This document shows positions 43,397 to 57,955 of a stretch of 64,000 bases of DNA, piece after piece; the stretch's first letter is position 1, and each line of letters begins with the position of its first letter. The DNA is taken from assembly GCA_964016885.1 (NCBI GenBank), contig OZ024740.1, forward strand, positions 250,604,001-250,668,000, given 5' to 3'. The DNA comes from Eledone cirrhosa. Its lineage: Eukaryota. The notes beneath the pieces were generated by a model, which searched no databases, was not told where the DNA came from, and was given only the letters and a program-made list of their open reading frames with translations. A program made the position numbers and the translations under genes.

Positions 43397-44340
43397 TTTC
43401 TCTGCACACAAGCTTCTTTATCATACACAAAAAATACTTTACCACTACAACCTCCATAATACTCTTGATTACCCGCTTAAAGTGCTTGTATTGCATATAA
43501 CACCTTGCCGCACAATAATCATATATAAATAAGACAAACGGGCATGCCCCACGTGTAACTATTGCATGCAATAACTACTACAACTGACTAACAAACTATA
43601 ATCTTGCATTATCTTCGTAAACTGCCGATGTTGTATTTTAATTTTAATTTTGCTTTGATTCTGTTTTAATATGATTTTAATATTTGAATTTAAATTGCCA
43701 TGCAAAAATAATATAATGGATGTCACCCAACTGTGCATCAATATATACATATGTATCTGTATGTCTCTTGTGTTAGAAAGGAGGTCATGTATGTAAACAA
43801 ACATTGAAAAATTGCTCCGAAGAGACCAAACCTCGGTTTGGATGCTAATTGTAAGCTAATAAATGGTTTGAACAGAACTTTGATTCATGTGAATTCTATA
43901 TAACTGCTCTGTAGAACAACTGATGTTATTACATTGAGCTATTTATCTGGTAATAAGGTAGTAATACATTACTGTCTTTCACTGTTTAGGGTTTAAAATA
44001 TATATAACTATAAAAAGTTTTAGTATATATATAACCATAAATAGTATCCTTAATACTATATATATATATATATATATTGTTATACTTTGGGAGGGTCATG
44101 TTGCCAATAAGAAACACACGCACCAGTTGCTTTCACTTCAATTTAATTTATTAAATATTTATAAGTTTACAAATTTATAAATTTATAAATTTCTGGTTGG
44201 TTGGTTGGTTCCACAACCAGATAGTTGTTTATATATATATAGTCATAGTTCTTTCGTCACACACTCTGTGACCTCTTCAGAAAACAAAATGGCGTAGGAT
44301 AGAAGAAAGGAAAGGCACAGAAACGAAGAAAGAAATCCCC

Positions 44341-44385
44341 AGTCACTGAAGAGGTCACAGAGTGTGTGACGAAAGAACTATGACT
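44341..44385 (+). ncRNA. Minimal type-I hammerhead in fold-back 44075-44555 (antisense copy 44241-44280)
   Basis: P1 AGTCA/TGACT, CTGAAGA, P2 GTCAC/GTGAC, GAAA, tiny P3 AG/CT, CTA triplet. Confidence 0.75.
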
Positions 44386-44605
44386 ATATATATATAAACA
44401 ACTATCTGGTTGTGGAACCAACCAACCAACCAGAAATTTATAAATTTATAAATTTGTAAACTTATAAATATTTAATAAATTAAATTGAAGTGAAAGCAAC
44501 TGGTGCGTGTGTTTCTTATTGGCAACATGACCCTCCCAAAGTATAACAATATCGGTTTCAACACACGATTTCAGATAAAGAATCTTGCTAAACAAATTCA
44601 GAAAC

Positions 44606-44669
<64 letters not shown>

Positions 44670-44748
44670 CGAAGGAAATGTGGTAAGGAACCAGATGGAC
44701 CATAACGCACCAAAGTACTCAATGCTTAGGGTAGTAGAGTGGGTAATA

Positions 44749-44843
<95 letters not shown>

Positions 44844-44986
44844 TGTATGTGTGTGTGAGTGTATGTGTGTATATGTATATTCATACACTCATACATATAT
44901 ATCTTTATATATATATATACATATACATACATATATATATATACACACACACATACACACATATATACACATAGATATACATACAT

Positions 44987-45044
<58 letters not shown>

Positions 45045-45339
45045 ACACATATACACACATACACATACATGTATACACATATACACATACACACACATTC
45101 ATAGACGCATTCATACACACACACACACGCGCACACACACATATATATATATATCCACATATATATACATATATATATAAACACATATATACACACACAC
45201 ACATACATATACATACATACACACACCCACCTATACATATGTATACGCGCACACACACACACATACACACACACATATACATTTGCATATGAACAGACGC
45301 ATATATATAGACACACGCGCGCGCAATACAAGTACGTTA

Positions 45340-46045
45340 TACATGTGGAAAAGGCAAGTAGGTAAGAAGTACTTACATAACCAAAGTACCATGACGCGGA
45401 TGGAGAGGGGGCTAGGGTAAATATTAAGATAGTTGAAACACCAAGTATTCCTATAAAAACCCTAATTAGCAAAACATACCCATTTCAAAGATCCCCCTGT
45501 GCTGATAGGAAATACATAGTTTGCAAGCGAAACCGCAAACTAACTGCAAAACAAGGAACGTAGTATATGGCATAAGATGTATTGAGAGACAGTGTAGGAA
45601 TAAGAATATAACATACATAGGTGAAACAGCCCGTAGCATAGGTGAAAGGATAAGTGAACACTGGCAAGAACTCCAGGATGGGAAAAACTCATCAGTACAC
45701 TACCAACGTGTCTAAATAGAACATAGGGGCACATTAAAAACAATTAAGATAAAAATTATATCCACACACAGAAAAGATGCAATGCTCTGACAAATCACGG
45801 AGGCAACAAACATAAACGAACGCCAACCAAAATTAAACAGAAAACAAGATAGTGTAGGACAGAACACAACATAAAAAGCTAGTTACTGAGGAGATCATAG
45901 AATGTGTGACGAAAGAGCTTTGACAATATATAAACAACAATCCGGTTATCAAACAAACCAACTGGAAATTTATAATAAATTGAAGTGAAAACCAACAGGT
46001 GCGTGTGCTTTTACAGGCAACGTGATCCTTCCAAAGTATAACAAA
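45340..46045 (+). mobile_element. PLE 3' fragment (GIY-YIG) ending in a pLTR with degenerate HHR (45881-45925), related to the 44.1-44.6 kb fold-back
   Basis: NCKTRNVVYGIRC...TYIGETARSIGERISEH; agttaCTGAGGAgatcatagaatgtgtgacGAAAg; downstream sequence similar to 44390-44550. Confidence 0.72.
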
Positions 46046-46840
46046 GTATATATATATATATATATATATAGGGAGTGTAGTAACGTGCAGCTACTGTAGG
46101 TTCATCCAAGTAACCACGCGATGCGTAGTTTCACGTCGATAACGAGATATAGAACTGACCAGAGTGTAAATATAATAATAAAAGGACTATTTGTTATGTC
46201 TTCATTGCGTTCATTGACTGGTGATGCACGTTTCGCTACTGATCAGCTCAAAGTTCGATCTGTATCAATCTGGCCCGACTCTGGAATCAAAACCTCTGCT
46301 GTGGTAATGACAGAATAAACATATAAAGCATTGAGATGTCTGTAATGTTTTGCGTTCCTATGGTGGTCAGTTCCTTTTGTTTTGATTGGTGGTTTTGCTA
46401 CAAGGAATGTTTTGGCATGTATCATAGGTGGGGGGATGAACATAATGACGAGCTGAAGGTAGATGTGCATGCGCTAGCAGTGCACCTAGATAGCTATCGT
46501 ATAGGAATAAATGGAGGTAAAAAAATTTTTTATAGGATATGAGAAGGGTAAAAGTGTGCAGGAAAGTACATGTAATGTTAAATAACGGTGGTGAAATTGG
46601 TGATACAAAAGGAAGTGATGAAATCAATTGTGGTAATGTGTAGGGTGCTGGTGGTTTGTTTGTGCCTCATGGGTGTGTGGTATGTGTTGGTGTCATTGAG
46701 AGTAGTAGATACATTGTGATATGTTTAGTGATGGGAGACATGATAAAGAATTCAATATAATATTAACGAGGATCACAGTGATAATGAATGTAACAATGGT
46801 AATAGGGACGATGCTAAAATTGATGAGATTTGAATAATAA

Positions 46841-47022
46841 TTGTTTTTACTTTAGGCACAAGGCCAGCAATTAGCCAGTGCATTACTGGTACTTTATTTT
46901 ATCGACCCCGTAAGGATGAAAGGCAAAGTCAACCTCGGCGGGATTTGAACTCAGATCGTAAAGGGACGTAACTATGCTGGAAAGCATGGCGTCCGACCCT
47001 CTACCGATACTGCCAATCCACC
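46841..47022 (-). mobile_element. tRNA-derived SINE
   Basis: Near-identical reverse complement of 38767-38944. Confidence 0.82.
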
Positions 47023-47050
47023 GGTAATAATGGTAGTTATTATGATGTGT

Positions 47051-48570
47051 TCAGGTGGTTATATTATGGTGCATCCGTGGTTCTTGTCCGAATACCATGG
47101 CGGAGAATGTATGCTTCCTGGTGTGTCTGCAGTTTATTAGGATTTCCGATCTCAAATTAATGGACGATTTTAATTTAATGATCTCTGCCGATTCTGCCAG
47201 GCACAACCTGCAGTGGCTTCCCCCTGTGGGAAGTTGGGCTACGCGTCTCCTAACAGACCATTTGCTCTGGTATTCCAGGTTCTTATCCTTGAGGTCACAG
47301 ATCAAATCGGCCAGTCTGGTTGAAGAGCTTCTGTGGTTGTACAGTCGCTCCTTAAAAGTTGTTGAGGTTGCGCCTATATAGGTGTATTGATTGCACCCAG
47401 CCATGACATCGCAATGGTATACAATGTTCCTTATGGGGCACTCCCCATTCAGTGGGCATTCCTGAATTTTTGCAGTTGCACCTGGGTGTTATTGCATTAT
47501 TGGTATGTTGCTGGTTGGTTACATTTTGGTTGGAGTTGGCTTGTTGTTAAGCGTTGTTGCGTATTATCTTTGTGGTGTTATTCTACGTTGTGTTAGTGGT
47601 TGCTTGGGGTGCTTGTTTATGTTTGCGTATTCTGGTCCAATTAGTGTATGGCTATAGTGTCAGCTAGATTGGGTGTTGTGGGGAATAAGAAGTTTACTGT
47701 GTGTCTGTTAAAGACCTTGTGGTATTTGTGTGTGGGTGGAAAGGATTGGTAGAGGGCCCTGAAAAATGTTCCTGTGACATTGGTAGCAACGTGTATCGAG
47801 TACAGGACGTTGTACCATGTCACGGATCTGCTCCGGGGCCTACGATGTTTAGTGCGGTTGTTGTGGTTTGGTATGTTTGTGGGTGTGTTGTGGTCAGGCG
47901 TCTTGGGTGCTCTGGTTTGGTTTGTACCATTTAATATTTGGTCCCTATTAAAACGTATTTGTGTTAGGCTTCGAGTCATTAGGGGGGTAGGAGGGTATGT
48001 GTCATTGCTTGGCCTGTCGGCTAGTGGTGATCCTTGCGTAGTAGTTACTCTAGGGAGGACGTTATTGTCAATAGATGTTGCTAAATGCCTGCGTTGATTG
48101 TGTAACCTTGTGCTGGTGGTCTGGTCATTGTAGGTGATCTTATCTTTATATCCAGCCCTTTCTAGTGCGGAGTTGTAGTATCCAACGTGCTGGTTGACAC
48201 CTATTAGCCGACAGGGTTGACACTCTGTTAGAAACACTCTTAACTATAGAGTTAATAATGTTCTTAGGGTGATTGGAGTGCCTATTAACATACTTCAAGT
48301 TCTCATTATATTTATGGTACGGTCGGTACGAACCTGTGTCTAATTCTAGTGTCACGTCTAAGAAATTAACTGTCCTATTGTTGCGTTCTGTTTCTCCCGT
48401 CAGGACGTAGGTATTAAAGATGTACCTAAGTCATTTATATAGTCTTTTTAATTGGTTGTTGTTAAGTCCGCGGGCTATGAACAGAACATCTTCTCTGTAC
48501 AGTCCCCCGCCTATACTTGAGATCACGTTCGTTAGTTTGCTTAGGAGGTACAAGCCGACAACGTCCGTAA
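47051..48570 (-). pseudogene. Degenerate PLE RT + GIY-YIG
   Basis: GGGLYREDVLF, YRPYHKYNENLKYVNRHSNHP, VTWYN, YIGATSTTFKERLYNH, CRLCLAE. Confidence 0.82.
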
Positions 48571-49114
48571 TATATGTGTGTATGTAATTATGTATGTATG
48601 TATATTGTGTGTATGTATGTGTGTGCGCATGACTCTCTCTATATATATATATATATGTATATGTGTGTATGTATGTGTGTGTGTGTGTGTGTGTGTGTTC
48701 ACGCGTGTGTGTATGTGTGTGTGTGTGTGTATGTGTGTGTGGATGTATATGTATGTGTGTGTATATGTTGTTGATGCGTTTATACACCTATGTAAGAGTG
48801 TATATAGATGTACGTTTTGATGCGCGCATGTAATTTTATGTGTGTGTGCATGTATATATATATTTTTTTCCGTTATAAGATGTTATTTTAACACAGCATC
48901 ACTTTCATTTTTAATAGATATTAATTTCAAACCAGATATCCAAAACATAACTATTTCATCTGATGATCGAGCTGGAGACGTTTCTGTAAGGATCATCTAG
49001 TCTCCTGAAACATTTGGTAATGGAATGATTATAATGTTGCTTATTATGTAATAAATAATTCTGTACTATACATGGAACACTCTTCTTTCCCTTACCTTTT
49101 CTACAGAAGTACTT

Positions 49115-49190
<76 letters not shown>

Positions 49191-49399
49191 GTTGAGTAGC
49201 TCACTGATACAGATACGGTCGCTGAGCCGCTTGCAAATCCTCAGTCACGTGATGTGGTTCTGGAATGTAGAGAGCTTCTGAAGTGATATTGTCGTCCAAT
49301 TAACACAGTTAAGACCATATAACACAGCTAGTAGGATGTAAGTATCGAAGATCTTAGCCATCAAATGATAGTAAATACGTTGTGATGTTAGTGCTTCCT

Positions 49400-49690
49400 T
49401 GTTCCTGTTGAAAGCTGCTCAACCTAGAGTGATGCGATACTGCACAGCAACCATTCCATTGTTGGTTGATGATAGTTTGTAACCAAGATATACAAACTCC
49501 GTAATTTGAGTAATTTGTTGGTTGTATTGTTTAGACCAATTACACCAATTCTCGAGTCAAGAGTACTCAAACTATACGGTCATATGAAAATATCAACTCG
49601 TGGTGTGAGTAGGTTATGCTTGGAAGGAAGGTTGGCAGGTAAGAGAAGCAGAGGCCGGCAGCGAAAATGTTAACCTATGGACTGGACTCT
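49400..49690. pseudogene. Short LINE (RTE-like) RT remnants in opposite orientations
   Basis: Minus strand QITEFVYLGYKL (FxYLG); plus strand LEGRLAGKRSRGRQR. Confidence 0.35.
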
Positions 49691-49766
49691 TTAAACTCTG
49701 TTGTTGGTGATCGAACTTGTGGAGAAAAATATGTCATGTTAATACGCAGTCTGGCGGAGTTTATTC

Positions 49767-49820
49767 CATTTACCAGTGGTTTCTTAAAAGCAAAAGGTTT
49801 TGCTTTCAATCCTCAGAATG
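49767..49820 (-). ncRNA. Type-I hammerhead ribozyme (related copy at 50717-50770)
   Basis: Minus strand CATT-CTGAGGA-TTGAAAGCAAAA cc TTTTGCTTTTAA-GAAA-CCA c TGG-TA-AATG. Confidence 0.75.
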
Positions 49821-50200
49821 AAAAATCCTGGTTTGTTTATTGAATATGGATTCTAAAAACAAAAATGCAATCTATATGAAAGTGAGGCTGGAAAAGGGAG
49901 AAGGAAAGGAAAAATAAAATAAAACTACACATGCAAACACACACAAAAAAACACAAAAGCATACTTACACACACATATACATATATACATATATATAAAT
50001 GTACGCATACACACATACATATACACATATATATATATATATATATATATAAAAAGCGTACACCTACACACACATACACATATATACACACATATACACA
50101 TACATACATTCATACATACACACACATATATATACACACACACACACACACACATACACACACACATATATATATACATGTACATATATATATATATATA

Positions 50201-50252
<52 letters not shown>

Positions 50253-50352
50253 CACACACATATAAATACGTAAACACACATATACATACATAGCTAAACA
50301 ATTATACACATGCAAATACGTATATATCAAAAGCACGCACAACCAAATACAA

Positions 50353-50404
<52 letters not shown>

Positions 50405-50523
50405 CCACACACACACCCACACATACATAAAAATAAATAAATACACACGCACACATATACATACATACACATACATATACACATACATACACATACATAT
50501 ATATATATATATATACATACATA

Positions 50524-50563
<40 letters not shown>

Positions 50564-51001
50564 CACACATACACGTACACATACACACATGCATACACAT
50601 ACACACACACATATACATGTGTGTATGTGTAAAGCTCAGTATTAGATAAGACAAATGAACCTTACATAAACGTATATATAGTAGTAAAGTAATAAAGCCA
50701 TACAAGGCAATTAATCCATTCACCAGAGGTTTCTTAAAAGCAAAAAAAGTTTCCTTCAATCTTCAGAATGAAAAAACTTACCACGCGTGTCTGTCCTGTT
50801 AGCTGGGGCATGTATCGCTGTCAAAAATTTGTTAATATATATTTATATATTTTTTTCTTATATTTATTTGCGTGTGTGAATATGTAGTGGAGTGCATTCA
50901 TGTATGTGTATGTATGTACGTTGTATGTTTGTGTGAATGTATGTATGTGTATATATATGTGTGTGTGTATGTGTATGCTTGTACACACACATATGTGTGT
51001 G

Positions 51002-51078
<77 letters not shown>

Positions 51079-51111
51079 GTAAATGTATATATATATGTGT
51101 GTGTGTATGTG

Positions 51112-51144
<33 letters not shown>

Positions 51145-51429
51145 ATGTATGAATGTATGTATGTGTATATGTGTGTATATATGTGTATGTGTGTGTAGGG
51201 GTACGCTTTTTATATATATATATGTGTATATGTATGTGTGTATGCGTACATTTATATATATGTATATATGTATATGTGTGTGTAAGTATGCTTTTGTGTT
51301 TTTTTGTGTGTGTTTGCATGTGTAGTTTTATTTTATTTTTCCTTTCCTTCTCCCTTTTCCAGCCTCACTTTCATATAGATTGCATTTTTGTTTTTAGAAT
51401 CCATATTCAATAAACAAACCAGGATTTTT

Positions 51430-51483
51430 CATTCTGAGGATTGAAATCAAAACCTTTTGCTTTTAAGAAACCACTGGTAAATG
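51430..51483 (+). ncRNA. Type-I hammerhead ribozyme, end of inverted duplication (49760-50290 versus 50985-51490)
   Basis: CATT CTGAGGA ... GAAA CCACTGG TA AATG. Confidence 0.72.
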
Positions 51484-51515
51484 GAATAATTGCCTTATGT
51501 TGTTTATTACATAAT

Positions 51516-51581
<66 letters not shown>

Positions 51582-51802
51582 ATATTAAATAAATAGAAAC
51601 TATATTTATAAAACCATATTTATTCTATTATATATATTTCAAGGGTACCAAAAAACTTTGGTACGCTTTCATCAGATAAAATACAAAGAGTTTTTTATAA
51701 ATTTTGACATGGCCAAGGAAAATCATACCTTATCAGTTGAATATTCCCTGATAAGGTATGATTTTCCTTGGCTATGTCAAAATTTATAAAAAACTCTTTG
51801 TA

Positions 51803-51861
51803 TTTTATCTGATGAAAGCGTACCAAAGTTTTTTGGTACCCTTGAAATATATATAATAGAA
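51803..51861 (+). ncRNA. Type-I hammerhead in fold-back 51580-51900 (antisense copy 51622-51680)
   Basis: TTTTAT-CTGATGA-AAG cGTACCAAA...TTTGGTAC cCTT-GAAA-TATATA-TA-ATAGAA. Confidence 0.78.
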
Positions 51862-52092
51862 TAAATATGGTTTTATAAATATAGTTTCCATTTATTTAAT
51901 ACAATTGAATATTTACTCCAGAAACTTGTCGAGTGCTCTGAATCAGTTATAAACATTTATATTTGTTGGATTTCCAACAAATTAAATATCCCTTCTACTT
52001 ATATATATATATATATATATATAGTTTTAATATAGATGAGATTCTACAGGACTAGAACTGTTTCATTCTTTAGAAATCATCAGAAATTCAGG

Positions 52093-52141
52093 GATTCCTG
52101 ATGATTTCTAAAGAATGAAACAGTTCTAGTCCTGTAGAATC
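52093..52141 (+). ncRNA. Type-I hammerhead in fold-back 52024-52158 (antisense copy 52041-52087)
   Basis: P1 GATTC/GAATC, CTGATGA, GAAA, P3 ACAG/CTGT, GTA. Confidence 0.72.
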
Positions 52142-52224
52142 TCATCTATATTAAAACTTTTATACTCTGCAATGTATTGAGTACCTTACTTACTGTGGTT
52201 ACCTCCGATTCAATCCGGAATAAC

Positions 52225-52298
<74 letters not shown>

Positions 52299-53050
52299 TA
52301 AAATAGATGTTCTTTTGATCAATTACATTTTATTATACATATTTCGGATGTACAACAGTACGTCCTCATCAGACAAAATATAATGATACATGACATACCC
52401 TGAGATGTTAAATGGTTAAGATTTAATCAAGGTAGTGATTAACCTAAGAGAAAATTTAACATATATACTCTAATTATGAGAAAGTGCGAAAACGTAATAA
52501 ATTCATTAGAGAATGCGTGAGTAAGAAAAACGTTGCTTAATGTAACTGTTATAGAGATTTTAAAATGTATGATACTACAATATATCTAGGAAAACATCTC
52601 ATGAATCATAACAGCCAGTGATAAAGGATTTAGCTGGCACATCAAGAATGAAATTTTATACTGTTGATTATTTTCCTAAATTTAAACTTTAACAAAGATA
52701 CCAACATATTAGGTATGTAAAGCTTTTGAAGTACTTATTGTTAGAAATATTTAAATAACGATTATGTATATAGATATATATTAATGAGCCAGTATATTTT
52801 AGGTAAATAATAACGAAAATAAAAATAAAATAATAGATTGAGGCCTGTTAAGGTTAAATATACACCTATATATAACAGAATGTAAATGCATTAATTATTC
52901 TTAGTTCAGAGTGTACATAATCAAGAAATTTAGAAGTTAACTAAAAATTATGTATAGGAAGATATAGGGAGGTATTAGTGGTGCAGTATACTTTAGGTAA
53001 ATGATAACGGTTATAATTTTATAAAATAGAGTTCAACGTGTTACATTTAA

Positions 53051-53129
<79 letters not shown>

Positions 53130-53263
53130 AAAAACAATAATAAGTGCATGGATAATTCAGAGTTCAAAATAATGTCTATAATAATTTTTAGTTTGGATAT
53201 TTTCTCTATATTTGAATCATGTATATAGAAATGTGGTAGGTATATTTAAAAATATATAAAATA

Positions 53264-54239
53264 CTAGCAGTAAAGCCCGGCGTTGCTCGGGGTCGCTCAG
53301 TAGCTGTGTTAAAGTTACAATGTTAAGTTTCTTTCTTGGCTTAAAAACTGTAGTGTCTACTGTGCAGACTTGCATGTGGTGTTTTTGATTAATATTCCCT
53401 CAACCAACAATATGCCTTATGAAGTTAAGAAAACATAACGATAACCCGAATGTTATAACAAAAGAGGATGTTGGGGATAGAAACTGCACTGGTTATTTAT
53501 TAACAAAGATCGAAAATGTAAACACTGCAACGCAGAGAAAAACATTAGCGTAACCAAATTATCAGTTATGTCTGTCTGCACGCCTATATCACCTCTCTGC
53601 ACGACTGTCTGTCTGCACGCCTATATCACCTCTCTGCACGACTGTCTGTCTGCACGCCTATATCACCTCTCTGCACGACTGTCTGTCTGCACGCCTATAT
53701 CACCTCTCTGCACGACTGTCTGTCTGCACGCGTATATCACCTCTCTGCACGACTGTCTGTCTGCACGACTGTCTGTCTGCACGCCTAACGACGAAATATT
53801 TGCTTGTTTTACGTAGTCTTTAAATAGACTTGTTTTCAAGTAAAAATATTGTTTTAAAATGCTTTTAAATGGAAATGAAGCAAAACGGAAGCTTAGTGTT
53901 CGAACTGATGAATTTTGCAGGTCAATATTTTGCTGGCTCGACAACTGTTCGTGTATTGTATTTTAAACGCTGAGAAAGCCAGCGTAATTTTTTACGTAAG
54001 ACGCTCAATGTAAACAGAACAAAGGGAAATAACTGATAACTTACGCTCAAAAATCGATACATTATATTTGATTTCGTCACATAGGGTGGGTCAATTTGAA
54101 ATATTTTTTTTCCGATGTCTTCGCTAGGGCTCAATGTACAAGTATAGCAATTTCGGTGTAATTCCGTGAGAGATTCTAAGAGGAGATGTGTGCCAAAAAT
54201 CGATAGACAGACAGACAACCACAGTTTTATATATATAGA
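53264..54239 (-). mobile_element. Non-autonomous Helitron nested in the PLE 3'UTR
   Basis: Minus strand 5' A|TCTATATATATAAAACTG; 3' hairpin CCCGAGCAACGCCGGG then CTGCTAG|T. Confidence 0.75.
53568..53787. repeat. 37-bp minisatellite (about 5.5 copies) inside the Helitron
   Basis: Unit tgtctgtctgcacgcctatatcacctctctgcacgac. Confidence 0.9.
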
Positions 54240-54866
54240 TAATATATAATTACATACATATCAAAAACGCAGCAAAAATTCACATTTATATATAAGTTTG
54301 AATCTGTTTTAAATTTTAGATTTTAAAGTGCAGTAGGTATATTAAAAAAATATATAAATATACTATATTATATTATACTATAAATAAGAGATCAAAAACT
54401 CATTAAAAATTCACAGTTATAGATAAGTTCTGTAAAGATGTATGGATTGGGTATTAAACTAAAATTTAAAAGAGATCAAAAATGCATTAAAAATTCACAG
54501 TTATAGATAAGTTCCGTAAAGATGTATGTGTTGGGTATTAAACTAAATTTTAAAGCATAGATAGGAAGATAGATAGAGAAAAAAAGAAATAAAGAAATGA
54601 TGGTATTGATCAAAGTTAATAAAATAATGTTATGCGTATCAATGTTCCGGCATGTTATTGAACAAGTGTCATTCATTCGAGCGTTATTTCTTCTATAAAT
54701 AGCTATAATATAAAGCAATATTAAAGGCCATTAATGTTTTTCCCTGTTGATTATATATTCCTGGTAACCAAGTTATTAATGGTTTAGTGTTATTCTCTCT
54801 TTTTTTCTCGTTTTATGGGAGGCTAAAAAAGTGGACGTAGCTTTATGGAGGCAACGAGAGAATAAT

Positions 54867-56462
54867 TCACTTTTTTTTGTTAATTAGGGTCTCATAGTTA
54901 TTAATAATCAACAGGGTCTCCATTGTACAGAGCGGGCAGTTATTTGATATACTAGAGTTGCGGTAAATTCCACAATTCCGAAGTTTTGTCCGAAGAATGG
55001 AGTATTTTAAATTCTTCTCTTTTAATGACCATATGAGCTGTGATAAAGACATGGATGATTTTCTCTTAGAGTTCGAGAATGAGCATTTATGGTTCGCAAA
55101 TCGGGCTTTGAATGTCGAAGAGGTGGAACCTATGTAGTTGTATGTGTTGTGATCAGTTTTTACGGTGCATTTATAAACCAAATTACTATCTAAACAATTA
55201 TTTTGCAAAGGGCAATCAGTTTTATTTCTACAATTACATTTTGGTTTAGTGTCATTTATGTTAACTCTATTATTAGGATCATTATGCTGGTTTGGTTTTA
55301 GGATATTAGTGTTTAATTTGGCAATGTTTTGGGCCATGTTACTGGTTGTAGAATGTGAGAATTTAATGGTATGTCTATTAAAAATGGAATGGTATTTATG
55401 TTGAGTAGGGAAAGAGGTGTCAAGAGCGTTAAAGGATAATTTTGCAATTGGTGTTTTAACTGCGACCGAAGCAGGGGGGGGGGGGGGAAACCATATGACT
55501 GATTTAGATATAGTTCGTATTCTCGATTTATTTAGCGTATGGGTGTTTGAATTATAATTATTAGAGTTTCTCTTATATATGTTATTAGTTTTATTATTAA
55601 TATTAGGAATAATACTTGGATTATTATTATCTACATATTCTATATTATTCATATATCCTGCTCTTTTTAACGCGTTGTTGTAGTATTCAGCGTTTTTATC
55701 AAATATATCTTTATTGGCTGATATTTTATTAATACGTTTTTGCACACTATTTACTATAGCTTTTTTTTTTACAGATCTAGGGTGATTTGAATAGTTACTA
55801 ACATAGTTTAAGTTTTCATTAGGCTTATGAAAAGGGTAATAGAAGCCAGTGTTTAAGTTAAAGGTAACGTCTAGGAAATTAACTATATTGGTACCATTTT
55901 CTACTTCTAATTTAAGGTCGTACGTTTTAAAGAATTCTATTATACTTTTCTTTACTCTATTTAGTTCTATATTGTTGTGTTTGACCACCGTAAATAAAAT
56001 GTCGTCCCTGTATAAACCACCGGTAATCTCCGGCAGTTTTCTATTTATCATGTTTAATATGAAAATTCCCAGAAGATCTGTGATTTGCGCGGAATCGGAT
56101 GCCCCAAAGTTTCTATCTCTATCTGAGCCTGTCCAAAATTCGTTATTGAAGTTAATAAGAGTTCTTCTGGCTGTTAAAATTATATCTATTTCATCTGTGA
56201 TTAGATCAGTATGCTTATAAGCATATGAAAGGGCCTTATTTAGAAGCTTAGATCCTTTTTTGTAATTTTTCCTAAGTTCTTTCAAAATCAGGTCGTTATA
56301 TTCATCTTTGCTTATCCCATATAAATTATTAGTTTTGTCCGATTCAACCAGTACTTTGTTAACATTTTTTATTTCAGTGATTTTATCTTTTAGAGATCTG
56401 AGGTATTGGTGACCTATATATGGGTTTTTCCTAAATTTAATTTTTTGGATTATACCGAGCAT
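54867..56462 (-). pseudogene. PLE RT-GIY-YIG ORF, 531 aa, with in-frame internal deletions
   Basis: SDKTNNLY, GASDSAQITDLLG, GGLYRDD, VNFLDVT, CNCRNKTDCPLQNNC, YIGST...FKARFANH; the segment between NYKK and LLNKAL (RLINP...QFDI) seen in sister copies is missing. Confidence 0.85.
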
Positions 56463-57387
56463 TTCTGTTTCAAAAACCTCCAGAAGTTTGTTGTATGGAG
56501 GATTTTTTCTTGATTTAAATAATTCTATTATTTTATTTTTATTTTCGTTATTATTTACCTAAAATATACTGGCTCATTAATATATATCTATATACATAAT
56601 CGTTATTTAAATATTTCTAACAATACCTAATATGTTGGTATCTTCGTTAAAGAATAATTAATACATTTACACCCAGTTATATAAAGGTGTATATTTAAAC
56701 TTAACATGCCTCAATCTATTATTTTCTTTTTATTTTCATTATTATTTACCTAAAATATACTGGCTCATTAATATATATCTATATACATAATCGTTATTTA
56801 AATATTTCTAACAATAAGTACTTCAAAAGCTTTACATACCTAATATGTTGGTATCTTTGTTAAAGTTTAAATTTAGGAAAATAATCAACAGTTTAAAATT
56901 TCATTCTTGACGTTACCCTCATAAAACTCAGAAGCTTAGAAATGTTAACACACTTATAGAATTTATAAAACTAATATATAAATAACCAGCAAAAAAAAAT
57001 CCCGAAACCTTGAATCTTCACCCTTATATTATGAATTAAATATTTTCAAATTTAACCGTTTAACTTTCGGAAAAAATCCCCTCCTGCATATATCACCCCC
57101 CCCCCCATTACCGTTCCCTCTTTATAAATCCTTTTCCAGGGGCTATCACTGGCTGTTATGATTCATGAGATGTTTTCCTAGATATATTTAGTATCATACA
57201 TTTTAAAATCTCTATAACCATTACATTAAGCAACGTTTTTCTTACTCACACATTCTCTAATGAATTTATTACGTTTTCGCATTTTCTAATAATTAGAGTA
57301 TATATGTTAAATTTTCTCTTAGGTTAATCACTACCTTGATTAAATCTTAACCATTTAACATCTCAGGGTATATCATGTATCATTATA

Positions 57388-57438
57388 TTTTGTCTGATGA
57401 GGACGTAATGTTGTACATCCGAAATATGTATAATAAAA
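57388..57438 (+). ncRNA. Type-I hammerhead ribozyme
   Basis: TTTTGT-CTGATGA-GGA cGTA...TAC aTCC-GAAA-TATGTA-TA-ATAAAA. Confidence 0.78.
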
Positions 57439-57907
57439 TGTAATTGATCAAAAGAACATCTATTTTATTAATATTTATATTTTAATATTAATAACTCCGG
57501 AAAATTATTTTTTTCTCTTAGAGTGCTTCCAATCTACTGTAAAACTCATTCTTTGACATACTCATTGAATATTGTTTAACACTTTAATATATATATATAA
57601 CAAAAAAAAATGGCGTAGACATACAACACAACAGGAGGAACAATGAATATAACACCACTGACAATGTTGCAGATGTGCAACGAAAGATTTATGTAAATTA
57701 TGTAAACTATATATATGTGTTTGTGTCTATATTGTATCTGTATTATTTTTGACCGCCGGTCAGTCAATGGCAGCATTGAGGACCGAGTAAGTTGGATCGC
57801 AGATATATATATATAAAAGACAGCGAGAAGCGAAAACCAACCAAACAGTGAGTGTGTTCTGTTATTAATTCTGGCAATATTACGCAAATATGACCCTCCC
57901 CAAATAT

Positions 57908-57955
<48 letters not shown>

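Larger units (their letters stand above)
52295..57480 (-). mobile_element. PLE insertion: minus-strand ORF, long 3'UTR and pLTR (HHR at 52327-52378), with an inverted pLTR copy at the 5' end (56525-57480)
   Basis: 52295-52900 is largely the reverse complement of 56540-57480. Confidence 0.78.

Noticed and set aside
53568-53787. 37-bp repeats as a CRISPR array
   Set aside because: Contiguous tandem units without unique spacers; eukaryotic context; no cas genes.
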